Shown here piece after piece: positions 7,477-14,041 of a stretch of DNA of 38,855 nt. The notes beneath the pieces are model-generated. The model made no database searches, had not been told where the DNA came from, and saw only the letters and a program-made list of their open reading frames with translations. Each line of letters begins with the position of its first letter. Position 1 is the stretch's first letter. Source of the DNA: a virus; the IMG/VR virus record IMGVR_UViG_3300001847_000521; one strand, 5' to 3'. Both the position numbers and the translations under genes were made by a program.

Positions 7477-7773
7477 ATGGCCCCTCCCCGCAGGCATGAG
7501 TCTTCGGCTACCAGTGTGCGGTTGCGCGCCATCCGGCGCGTCAAGGGGTTCGCGACCGCCAAACAGATGGCCGACACGCTGGGCGTTCATCTAGGCCGCT
7601 ACCTAAGTCACGAAAGCACGCGCCCTCTTTCCAAGGAAATGGCGATTGCAATCGTTAATAAAATTCCAGGCCTTACTTTGGATTATCTTTTTTTGGGCCG
7701 AACCGACGGGATGCCGGGCGTTTTAGCGCGCGATTTGCAAGCCGCTGAGGACGAGATCCTGACCAGTCGCTGA
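7477..7773 (+). CDS. XRE/Cro-CI family HTH transcriptional regulator
   Basis: FATAKQMADTLGVHLGRYLSHESTRPLSKEMAIAIVNKIPGLTLDYLFLG is a typical HTH_3 domain. The start is uncertain (ATG 7477 or GTG 7516). Confidence 0.75.
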   Translation: MAPPRRHESSATSVRLRAIRRVKGFATAKQMADTLGVHLGRYLSHESTRPLSKEMAIAIVNKIPGLTLDYLFLGRTDGMPGVLARDLQAAEDEILTSR

Positions 7774-7876
7774 TCATTTTCTCAAGCGCAAATACCACTT
7801 TGATCGCGTCCTCTTTGCGTTCGGGTAGCTGGCAGAAAAGTCCGGCTGCCTGACGTGCACACCAATCTATTTTCAT
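7673..7876 (-). CDS. Hypothetical small protein (convergent with the HTH gene)
   Basis: Track ORF trimmed to Met15 (ATG 7876), preceded by GGAGG at a 4-nt spacing. Its 3' third overlaps the HTH gene by 101 nt and looks compositionally non-coding. Confidence 0.4.
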   Translation of the reverse strand: MKIDWCARQAAGLFCQLPERKEDAIKVVFALEKMISDWSGSRPQRLANRALKRPASRRFGPKKDNPK

Positions 7877-7951
7877 AACACCTCCCAGAACAATTCGTGA
7901 ACATATAATTGCACGCAATGATGGTCAATATGCATATTTCGCAATATCGTT

Positions 7952-7980
7952 TTGACAATATCCTATTATTGCAGTATTGA
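7952..7980 (+). promoter_or_regulatory. Sigma70-like promoter for the plus-strand lysogeny/accessory operon
   Basis: TTGACA (7952-7957), a 17-nt spacer and TATTGA (7975-7980), about 20 nt upstream of the AAGGAGG RBS of the ORF at 8000. Confidence 0.4.
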
Positions 7981-7999
7981 CGCTTCAAAGGAGGCCCGC

Positions 8000-8164
8000 A
8001 TGAAACGCAAGATTGTGAATGTGGTTACCCGATCGGAATTTGAAGCCTGGGGCGACAACAGCCGCAGAGCCTGGGCGCGCGAGGTGAACGCGCTTTGGGC
8101 GCAGGAGGAAATCCGCGCCCGCCAGAAGTGGATCAGCGACACCAAGACGAGGATTGTGAAATGA
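8000..8164 (+). CDS. Hypothetical small protein
   Basis: Track ORF trimmed to the ATG at 8000, preceded by AAGGAGG (7988-7994). 54 aa, MKRKIVNVV... Confidence 0.5.
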   Translation: MKRKIVNVVTRSEFEAWGDNSRRAWAREVNALWAQEEIRARQKWISDTKTRIVK

Positions 8165-8268
8165 ACACGCTCCTCGAGGTGCTCTGCATCGCCACGATCG
8201 CCGAGGCGGCGGCACTCGCGCTGTTCGTCTTCGCCGTGATGTACGTCGGCGCCGCGGTCGGAGGCTGA
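8161..8268 (+). CDS. 35-aa hydrophobic (single-TM) peptide
   Basis: Not in the supplied track (<60 aa). ATGA overlap with the upstream stop. Sequence: MNTLLEVLCIATIAEAAALALFVFAVMYVGAAVGG. Confidence 0.35.
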   Translation: MNTLLEVLCIATIAEAAALALFVFAVMYVGAAVGG

Positions 8269-8270
8269 CC

Positions 8271-8504
8271 GTGGAAAAGCGCTTGCTGAAACGAAAAGAA
8301 GCGGCGGCCTATCTCAGTTTGCCGGTGCGCCGCTTTAACGCCGCCGTGCTTTCGGGCCAGCTGCCGCGCCCGGTCCTCAAGGACCGCTGGGACAAGGCGG
8401 CGATCGACCGCCACCTCGACGCAATGAACGGCTCGGTGCTTTCACGCGACGTGGACATCGAAGAACGATTTAGGATGTGGGAGGCAGTCAATGGCCGTCT
8501 CTAG
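8271..8504 (+). CDS. Excisionase/AlpA-like HTH DNA-binding protein
   Basis: LLKRKEAAAYLSLPVRRFNAAVLSGQLPRPV...WDKAAIDRHLD fits the AlpA/Xis HTH_17 pattern. GTG start. It lies directly upstream of int and overlaps it by 14 nt. Confidence 0.6.
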   Translation: MEKRLLKRKEAAAYLSLPVRRFNAAVLSGQLPRPVLKDRWDKAAIDRHLDAMNGSVLSRDVDIEERFRMWEAVNGRL

Positions 8505-9552
8505 CCTCAAGGGCGTCAACGTCGTTACGAAAAAACGCGCGGACGGGTCAGTGTATCGGGCCTATTATCACCGCGCCAGCGGCAAGCGCCTGCGCGGCGA
8601 GCCGAACTCTGCTGAGTTTCAGGAGGACTTTGCGGCGGCCGAGGGCCTGCACTCCCGCGCGGAGCGGCACACGCTCGCGGAGCTGATTGATCGTTTTCAC
8701 GCCAGCGCCGAGTTCGACGACTTGGCCGAAACGACTAAGGCCGAGTACCTTCGCAAGCTACTGATTATCCGCAGGCGCTTCGGCCACGCGCCGACCGAGC
8801 TGCTCGAGTCGCGCTCGTTCCGCGGCCGCGTGCTCGACTGGCGAGACGAGGTCGCGCGCACAAGCGGCAAGCGAGAGGCTGACAACCTTGTGTCTGCCAT
8901 CGCTCGCGTTCAGTCGTGGGCACTTAACCGCGGCGCGGTCAAATTGAATGTGATGACTAGCGTCGCGCAGCTGTGGCGCAGCGACAGGTCAGAAAAGATT
9001 TGGACGCCGGCGCACATCCGCCTATGGATGTCGGCGGCGCCGCCCGAAATGAAGACCGCGATGTTGTTGGCGCTCGGCACCGCGCAGCGCCGCGGCGATC
9101 TCGTCGAAATGAAGTGGTCGCAGTACGACGGCCGCGTGATCAGGCTGGCGCAGCGAAAAACGGGCGCCGTCCTCGAGATCCCCGCCGTGAATTACTTGCG
9201 CGAACACCTCGACGGCCTCGAGCGCCGCAGCGACTACATTCTGACCAATACCCGCGGTCGGCCCTGGACAGGGACGGGCTTGTCCCAAACCTTTCTAGAG
9301 GTCTCGCGTAGCGTCGGGATTAAGGATCTGCACTTCCACGACCTACGCGGCACCGCCGTCACAATGCTGGCCGACGCCGGCGCCAGCGTGCCCCAGATCG
9401 CGGCGATGACAGGCCACAGCCTCGACGGCGTCGGTCGCATCCTTGCCGTCTATTTGAAGCCGACGATCGCGCAGGCGCAGGGCGCGGTGGCGGCGCTCGA
9501 GAAGCTCGGGTTCGATCCGTTAGCCACAGCGGCCCACCAAAAAATAGATTGA
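8491..9552 (+). CDS. int: Tyrosine recombinase (phage integrase)
   Basis: 353 aa with the catalytic pattern RRGDL, HFHDLRGTA (HxxR), TGHS and ILAVYL (Tyr). Confidence 0.9.
   Translation: MAVSSLKGVNVVTKKRADGSVYRAYYHRASGKRLRGEPNSAEFQEDFAAAEGLHSRAERHTLAELIDRFHASAEFDDLAETTKAEYLRKLLIIRRRFGHAPTELLESRSFRGRVLDWRDEVARTSGKREADNLVSAIARVQSWALNRGAVKLNVMTSVAQLWRSDRSEKIWTPAHIRLWMSAAPPEMKTAMLLALGTAQRRGDLVEMKWSQYDGRVIRLAQRKTGAVLEIPAVNYLREHLDGLERRSDYILTNTRGRPWTGTGLSQTFLEVSRSVGIKDLHFHDLRGTAVTMLADAGASVPQIAAMTGHSLDGVGRILAVYLKPTIAQAQGAVAALEKLGFDPLATAAHQKID
9490..9526 (+). repeat. Direct repeat copy A (integrase 3' end)
   Basis: 25 nt, gctcgagaagctcgggttcgatccg (9495-9519), are identical to 10775-10799. The match extends to 37 nt with 3 mismatches. 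Confidence 0.85.
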
Positions 9553-9553
9553 A

Positions 9554-9736
9554 ATGGACAACGTCTTAAAGACAAACATGCCAGCGTTTCCGGCCACCAT
9601 GACGCTTCGGGATTGGTTTGCTGGGCAGGTATTGGTGGGACTTATTGCCCATTCCGGCAGAGTCTATAGCCCCCAAGATATAGCGGAATACGCCTACAAG
9701 CACGCGGACGCCATGATCTCGGTGCGTCGCGATTAG
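9554..9736 (+). CDS. Hypothetical small protein
   Basis: 60-aa ORF starting 2 nt after the int stop. TLRDWFAGQVLVGL resembles a common small phage membrane-like protein. Confidence 0.45.
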   Translation: MDNVLKTNMPAFPATMTLRDWFAGQVLVGLIAHSGRVYSPQDIAEYAYKHADAMISVRRD

Positions 9737-9838
9737 GTTGCATGAACGAACTGCTCCCCGGCGGAAGCCAAGACCGTTGTTTCTAACAAGCATGGCCCAC
9801 TTGTGGAGCAAAACGGGCCACTAAAAAGGAGATTGAAA

Positions 9839-10054
9839 ATGGAGCCTGATTTTATCTCGCAGACGGCAGAACCGATGTCGAAAAGCGAGCGCCGCCGATG
9901 GTTCGAAGAACGGGGCGGCGAGTTCAGCCGTCAGGGGGCTACGCATTTCCGCCTGACAGCGCACGAGACGATCCAGACACTGCTTTTGCTGGAGGCGTGG
10001 AAGGTGCGCCCGGAAGACGAAGGTGAGCCGCACTTTCAATTCGCGGCGCGCTGA
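9839..10054 (+). CDS. Hypothetical small protein
   Basis: Track ORF trimmed to the ATG at 9839, preceded by AGGAG at a 7-nt spacing. Its last codons lie inside the 23-bp repeat 10027-10049. Confidence 0.45.
   Translation: MEPDFISQTAEPMSKSERRRWFEERGGEFSRQGATHFRLTAHETIQTLLLLEAWKVRPEDEGEPHFQFAAR
10027..10049 (+). repeat. 23-bp hairpin-forming direct repeat, left copy (flanks the MTase gene)
   Basis: gccgcactttcaattcgcggcgc compared with gccgcactttcaatttgcggtgc at 10754-10776 shows 2 mismatches. GCCGC/GCGGC can pair around an 11-nt loop. Confidence 0.8.
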
Positions 10055-10119
10055 TTGCGCAACATGAGGCGAGGTGGCTCATGCGAAACAAGCATCAACA
10101 TACCGATTCGGAGGCTCAC

Positions 10120-10740
10120 ATGCAGAACACCTCTCACGCTGTTATGGCGCAGCGGGTTGAGCCCAAAGATAGTCCTGATGACTTCCCAACTCCTCCGTGG
10201 GCCACACGTGGCCTCTTGGAGCATATTTTGGAGAAGCAGGAACTGAAGTCGCTAAGTTGTCTTGAGCCCGCCTGTGGCGCGGGCCACATGGCAAAAGTGC
10301 TTAAGGAATACTTTGGATCGGTCGTATCAGCCGATGCCTACGATTACGGCTATGGCGACGTCGAGGACTTCCTTCAATCATCACATACATCCAAAAGCTT
10401 TGATTGGGTGATTACGAACCCGCCGTTCCGACTTGCAGAAGAATTCGTTGTTCGATCTCTGGAGATCGCTCGACAAGGGGTCGCTATACTCGCTCGATCG
10501 GTTTTCTTGGAAAGTGTTGGCCGATATGAAGGCATATTTCGGGATGCGCCTCCATCCGCGTTCGCTCAATTTGTCGAACGAGTGCCGATGGTGCGCGGTC
10601 GTCTTGACCGCAAGGCGACAACAGCCACTGGATACGCGTGGCTTGTCTGGCACAAAGCGCAACGAAGCCCACCGCGGTTGACTTGGGTACCTCCATGCCG
10701 GAAGCGGCTTGAGAGACCGAATGATTATTTGGCGGCTTAA
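10120..10740 (+). CDS. Orphan SAM-dependent DNA methyltransferase (NPPF motif; probably N6-adenine)
   Basis: Motif I LEPACGAGHM precedes motif IV WVITNPPF, and FPTPPW lies near the N-terminus. The ATG at 10120 is preceded by GGAGG at a 5-nt spacing (the track start at 10081 is in frame). No restriction-enzyme partner was seen. Confidence 0.8.
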   Translation: MQNTSHAVMAQRVEPKDSPDDFPTPPWATRGLLEHILEKQELKSLSCLEPACGAGHMAKVLKEYFGSVVSADAYDYGYGDVEDFLQSSHTSKSFDWVITNPPFRLAEEFVVRSLEIARQGVAILARSVFLESVGRYEGIFRDAPPSAFAQFVERVPMVRGRLDRKATTATGYAWLVWHKAQRSPPRLTWVPPCRKRLERPNDYLAA

Positions 10741-10753
10741 GGGTCGTTTGCGT

Positions 10754-10776
10754 GCCGCACTTTCAATTTGCGGTGC
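10754..10776 (+). repeat. 23-bp hairpin-forming direct repeat, right copy
   Basis: It begins 14 nt after the MTase stop and abuts the duplicated int 3' end. Confidence 0.8.
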
Positions 10777-10814
10777 TCGAGAAGCTCGGGTTCGATCCGG
10801 GAGCCAAGCAGTGA
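10755..10814 (+). pseudogene. Remnant of a gene 3' end (chimera of the 9839-ORF end and the integrase end)
   Basis: It translates as PHFQFAVLEKLGFDPGAKQ*. PHFQFA matches the C-terminus of ORF 9839..10054, and LEKLGFDP matches int residues near its C-terminus. It has no credible start of its own. Confidence 0.5.
10770..10806 (+). repeat. Direct repeat copy B (duplicate of the integrase 3' end)
   Basis: See copy A. The two copies are 1280 bp apart on the same strand. Confidence 0.85.
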
Positions 10815-10966
10815 ACAAGGAGCTCGTCGCCGCCGTTGCCACGGTTATCGGCTGCCCGGAGTGGACATGCGACGGATGCGATCGCACTGACGAGTGCTTT
10901 TGCGAGCAGGCGGCGGAAGGCGTGAAGCGCTTGCTGTCTGAAGGATCACGCAAGGAAGAGGAGTAG
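10811..10966 (+). CDS. Small Cys-rich hypothetical protein
   Basis: In-frame GTG at 10811 with GGGAG 7 nt upstream. 51 aa containing CPEWTCDGCDRTDECFC. Weak support. Confidence 0.3.
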   Translation: MNKELVAAVATVIGCPEWTCDGCDRTDECFCEQAAEGVKRLLSEGSRKEEE

Positions 10967-10970
10967 CTGG

Positions 10971-11141
10971 ATGGAAAGATATTGCCTTTGCGGCTACCCG
11001 GACTGGCCCGGACAGTGTCCTGGCCCGCGGCAGTGCCCAGTGCATGGTGAGAATTTGGATGATGCGGTAAGCGAGCTGGAGGGGCATGACGCAGAAAGAA
11101 TTTCGCCGCGACGCCGCCTGCAAAAATACGCCAAAATTTGA
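10971..11141 (+). CDS. Small Cys-rich hypothetical protein
   Basis: Not in the track (56 aa). GAGGAG lies 7 nt upstream of the ATG at 10971. Sequence begins MERYCLCGYPDWPGQCPGPRQCPVHG... Confidence 0.35.
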   Translation: MERYCLCGYPDWPGQCPGPRQCPVHGENLDDAVSELEGHDAERISPRRRLQKYAKI

Positions 11142-11175
11142 TTTTTAGTTGCAGGAATTTTCCAATAAAATCAAT

Positions 11176-11232
11176 GGGCTGGTCAGCCTTCTAAGCTGAG
11201 GGTCGAAGGTTCGAATCCTTCCGGGGTCGCCA
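11176..11232 (+). other. attP core: 3' portion of tRNA-Arg(UCU), not a complete tRNA
   Basis: Anticodon arm tcagc-cttctaa-gctga (anticodon TCT, 11190-11192), a 5-nt variable loop, T-arm gaagg-ttcgaat-ccttc, acceptor 3' strand cggggtc, discriminator g and CCA (11230-11232). No matching 5' acceptor strand or D-arm lies upstream. Confidence 0.75.
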
Positions 11233-11288
11233 ATTATCAAATTAAAACAACGTTTTAACAACTCGACATATTCAAAAAACCATATCCA

Positions 11289-11315
11289 TTTGCAAAGGTT
11301 TGCAGATGGTTTGCA
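11289..11315 (+). repeat. Three helically phased TTTGCA direct repeats (candidate integrase arm-type sites, P' arm)
   Basis: TTTGCA at 11289, 11299 and 11310 (spacing 10 and 11 bp). The other side of the core has an inverted TGCAAA at 11119-11124 and a GTTGCA at 11148-11153. Confidence 0.4.
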
Positions 11316-11539
11316 ATCCGCCGCCGGTCCCCGCGAATCTCTTTACCTGCGGGTTCTTCTTTATCCCGGCCAACTGCTCGCCTGCTGACCGTATTATCGG
11401 TGGCGCTATTGTCGGCGCTATCTTTGGTCTTGGCGTTGGCGCTGCGGTTGGCGCTGCTGGCGGTTCGATCTCCGGCGGGGGAGCATGGGCTCCATTGCAA
11501 AAGGTGTGGTCATTTTTGCCGCTTTCGTTGCCGTTATAA
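11306..11539 (+). CDS. Small glycine-zipper membrane protein (possible lysogenic-conversion gene)
   Basis: IIGGAIVGAIFGLGVGAAVGAAGGSISGGG is a GxxxG glycine-zipper tract. The ORF lies between attP and the bidirectional terminator. The start is uncertain. Confidence 0.35.
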   Translation: MVCNPPPVPANLFTCGFFFIPANCSPADRIIGGAIVGAIFGLGVGAAVGAAGGSISGGGAWAPLQKVWSFLPLSLPL

Positions 11540-11681
11540 ATATAACAATATTAATTAGTTAGATTAAATACGCTATTTATAATTGCCGGGTGCTTTGCCG
11601 GTGGCGGATGCGCTGAGCGACGCGGAAGAGGCCGATCCGAAAGCTGCCGTGGCAGCGAAGTAGATTGATACGCCAAAAGCA

Positions 11682-11707
11682 GAAAAGGGACCGTAAGGCC
11701 CCTTTTC
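11682..11707. terminator. Bidirectional rho-independent terminator
   Basis: GAAAAGGGaCC-gtaa-GGcCCCTTTTC forms an 11-bp stem with one mismatch, with T-runs on both strands. It separates the convergent ends of the plus-strand module and the minus-strand gene train. Confidence 0.6.
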
Positions 11708-11711
11708 CGTA

Positions 11712-11906
11712 TTATAATTTAGACTCTAGCAGCGTTCGGAATTCGCCGAACCCATGACCCCAAGGGTCATCACCGCCGGAGTGGTCGTGTTTATAGGTAA
11801 CACGAGAGTAAAAATCAAGTTCGAAGGGGTGGTCGAGATCGTTTGCGCAGGCGCATGAACGACATTCAATCCTACGCCGCCACGACCTCGAGCGTCTTCG
11901 GCTCAA
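11712..11906 (-). CDS. Hypothetical small protein (last ORF of the minus-strand gene train)
   Basis: 64-aa ORF. Its only start (ATG 11906) lies 35 nt inside the upstream gene. No motif recognised. Confidence 0.3.
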   Translation of the reverse strand: MSRRRSRSWRRRIECRSCACANDLDHPFELDFYSRVTYKHDHSGGDDPWGHGFGEFRTLLESKL

Positions 11907-12243
11907 GGTGGTAGATCGGCTTTTTCTGAGAGAAGAACTCCAACGCCTCCATCGCGACGCCGGCGCTCTTGTCCCAGCCCGGCAGCCGCGCGATGCAGAG
12001 CGCGTCGCACGCCGCCATCATCTTCGTGTCGATCTTCATCCAAATCTCGTGCGCGGCTGGGTGCACGCCGCCGTAGACGGCGATCGGATGGCAGTGCGCG
12101 ATCGGCGAGTAGACCGACACACCGCGCGAGATCAGTGCGCCGGCGATCTTGGCGATGTCGCGAAACGCCTGGCTGAGGCCGAGCTCATATTGCGTATACG
12201 GAGACGCAAGGTAGACAAGATTGAATTTCTGCAATTCGATCAT
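11872..12243 (-). CDS. DUF1937/DUF4406-like protein (nucleoside 2-deoxyribosyltransferase-like fold)
   Basis: Track ORF trimmed to Met49 (ATG 12243; ATGA overlap with the upstream stop). The N-terminal NLVYLASPYTQYE...VSVYSPIAHCH matches my recollection of DUF1937. Confidence 0.55.
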   Translation of the reverse strand: MIELQKFNLVYLASPYTQYELGLSQAFRDIAKIAGALISRGVSVYSPIAHCHPIAVYGGVHPAAHEIWMKIDTKMMAACDALCIARLPGWDKSAGVAMEALEFFSQKKPIYHLEPKTLEVVAA

Positions 12244-12569
12244 TTTGACCTCAGTGCGCGCTGCAGCCAGTCGATCAGTTTCGGATTGTCTCGGATGACT
12301 TGCGCGAGCCCGGTCCCGAGGCCGCCGACGGCGCGCTCCTCGATGTCGCGGCCGCTGTTCGGAAGGTGCATGACGGCCCACAAGCAATGCAGGATTTCGT
12401 GGATCGCCGTCTCAGCCACGAGCTGAGACGACGAGATTGTCGGCTTGATACGGATGGTCATGTCCGCTTCGCTGAAGTCGCCGTACAAGTTGGCGGCCTC
12501 AGAGTCCGGTATCTGTTTGATGAGAACGTCGTATGGGCCGACGCGGATTGAACTAAACGGAACCTTCAT
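12240..12569 (-). CDS. Small HExxH zinc-metallopeptidase-like protein
   Basis: Track ORF trimmed to Met15 (ATG 12569; ATGA overlap). It carries HEILH in ...VAETAIHEILHCLWAVMH..., with an EE further downstream. Confidence 0.55.
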   Translation of the reverse strand: MKVPFSSIRVGPYDVLIKQIPDSEAANLYGDFSEADMTIRIKPTISSSQLVAETAIHEILHCLWAVMHLPNSGRDIEERAVGGLGTGLAQVIRDNPKLIDWLQRALRSK

Positions 12570-13300
12570 GCGGCCACCTTCTCGCTGAACCAGTGACCGC
12601 AGCTCTCGCACTTCATCTGCTGCCGACGACCAGATCGCGTGACCTTAAATCCCTGCCTGGTGACGGCGCCGGAATAACAGGTCGGGCATCCAGTTGCGCC
12701 GGTGTAAGGCGCGGTTGTCTGCCAGGGCGCGAGCTTGTCGTAGACTTGCTCAAGCAATTCGACGTCTCTCTTGTTGTAGACGCCCATCTGCCTCCAGGCC
12801 TTGCGGTCGCCATTGATGCAGGCTTCCCACAGCTTCCAGCCAGTTGTCGTCGCCTTGCCACCGAGGCCGAGATACTCGCCAAGCGCAGACAAGCGATTGC
12901 TGTCGAACTTAAAAACGCGACGCGCGATCTTGAGCGTGTCTATAGTTTTGATGGGAGGCGTGGCTGGCAGACCGTGGGCAATAAAACGCGCCCGGCTCTT
13001 GCGGCCATCGAAGCGATCAATGTTGTGACCGACGAGGACGTCGGCGTCTGAGAAAACAAGGCGGTGCAGGTCGGTGACCAGAGCCTTGTCGTTCTTTCGG
13101 TCTTTATTGTAGGCGGGATAATCAGCGAGGCAGTGGAAGTGGGTCTTGCTCTCGCCCTGAACCTTATAGGCGAACGACAACATGAACCACGGGGCGACGG
13201 TCGAGACGATGTTGCCCTCTTTATGAAGGTCAAAGTAGTAGCCCAGCGACGGGGCCGTCTCGATGTCGTAGAAAATTACACGCGGCTTTCCATTCTTCAA
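12566..13300 (-). CDS. DnaQ/PolB-exo-like 3'-5' exonuclease with a C-terminal zinc ribbon
   Basis: DEDD motifs VIFYDIETAP, LVGHNIDRFD and VYNKRDVELL, with a C-terminal CPTC...CESCGH. TTG start at 13300 with AGGAGG 4 nt upstream. Confidence 0.8.
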   Translation of the reverse strand: MKNGKPRVIFYDIETAPSLGYYFDLHKEGNIVSTVAPWFMLSFAYKVQGESKTHFHCLADYPAYNKDRKNDKALVTDLHRLVFSDADVLVGHNIDRFDGRKSRARFIAHGLPATPPIKTIDTLKIARRVFKFDSNRLSALGEYLGLGGKATTTGWKLWEACINGDRKAWRQMGVYNKRDVELLEQVYDKLAPWQTTAPYTGATGCPTCYSGAVTRQGFKVTRSGRRQQMKCESCGHWFSEKVAA

Positions 13301-13308
13301 CGATCCTC

Positions 13309-13476
13309 CTAAACGTCAGTGATCCGTTTCCGATACTTGCACGGCAGCCCAATCGGGTAGCCGTCGTGAAACACCCAGCACCACGGCACCGGAGGCGCGG
13401 GCTTGGTGTCTTTCATGTTCGCAACAATCGAGACGAGCGAGGCCGCAATAAGTGCGAACCCGATCAGCTCCTTCAT
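13309..13476 (-). CDS. Small membrane-anchored protein (lysis-cassette accessory; spanin-like position)
   Basis: Track ORF trimmed to Met98 (ATG 13476; ATGA overlap). It begins MKELIGFALIAASLVSIVANM (N-terminal TM), followed by a Pro/Cys/Trp-rich tail. Confidence 0.45.
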   Translation of the reverse strand: MKELIGFALIAASLVSIVANMKDTKPAPPVPWCWVFHDGYPIGLPCKYRKRITDV

Positions 13477-13613
13477 TCGTCGCGACCAGAATGCTTGTTG
13501 AAAAACCTGTCGTAGAGCAGAACGCAATACCACATCGCAGCGAGACCGGCGGCGATGGGCGGCAAGTAGCCGACGAATGATCCTAAAATCACAACGATAG
13601 TTCCAAGATCCAT
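13473..13613 (-). CDS. 46-aa two-helix hydrophobic peptide (holin/antiholin-like)
   Basis: Not in the track. Sequence: MDLGTIVVILGSFVGYLPPIAAGLAAMWYCVLLYDRFFNKHSGRDE. ATGA overlap with the next gene. Confidence 0.4.
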   Translation of the reverse strand: MDLGTIVVILGSFVGYLPPIAAGLAAMWYCVLLYDRFFNKHSGRDE

Positions 13614-13642
13614 TGCTGCGTGTGTTGTGTCGTGCGGCGGGG

Positions 13643-14041
13643 TCATTTGCCAAACCTGTTCGCGATGATGCGCGTAACATTCTCAATGCCGCGCTTGCCG
13701 AAGTAGAAGGCCATGATCGCGCCTGCCCACTCGGCGACGCTTCCGCTAATGGCGTCCGTGGCGCCAAGGTGCAGTGCTTTGTCCCAGATCAAAACCTTCG
13801 CGTAAAAAAACAACGTCACGTAAGCGAAGAGCTTTTCTGGCTCGTACCACCGACCGAGCTCAGCGACCTTCAGCGCGTTTTGGGCTTGAATTTCGGACGC
13901 CTGGACCTGCAGCTCGCGCGTCGCCAGATCGGCTGCAATGCGATCAGTCGTGTTCCCGGCTTTGAGTTTTGCATTGTAGGCGTCAAGCGCGCCCTTCAGT
14001 AGCGGCCCGCTGACAAGCTGGAGCAGAAAATTCCAGATCAC
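13643..14041 (-). CDS. Holin-like protein resembling the GTA_holin_3TM (DUF3154) family
   Basis: GTG at 14041 forms a GTGA overlap with the lysozyme stop. An N-terminal coiled segment (LDAYNAKLKAG...LQVQASEIQAQNA) is followed by W...hydrophobic helices and GKRGIEN. The family assignment is from memory. Confidence 0.5.
   Translation of the reverse strand: MIWNFLLQLVSGPLLKGALDAYNAKLKAGNTTDRIAADLATRELQVQASEIQAQNALKVAELGRWYEPEKLFAYVTLFFYAKVLIWDKALHLGATDAISGSVAEWAGAIMAFYFGKRGIENVTRIIANRFGK

Noticed and set aside
9505-9519. GGGTTCGATCC inside the integrase 3' end (and its copy at 10785-10799) as a second tRNA T-loop / alternative att site
   Set aside because: The flanks do not form a proper T-stem or acceptor end (the copy at 10785-10799 pairs only with a shifted loop and a wobble pair). 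The sequence is in-frame coding (LGFDP). Duplication by insertion explains the second copy.
11157-11232. Complete tRNA-Arg gene
   Set aside because: Only the anticodon arm, variable loop, T-arm and 3' acceptor/CCA are present. The 76 nt ending at 11232 begin with aattttcc..., which cannot pair with cggggtc, and there is no D-arm. It is interpreted as the attP core.
11169-11250. IHF sites (WATCAANNNNTTR) flanking the attP core
   Set aside because: AATCAATGGGCTG (11169) and TATCAAATTAAAA (11235) match the WATCAA half but not the TTR half. This is too weak to call.
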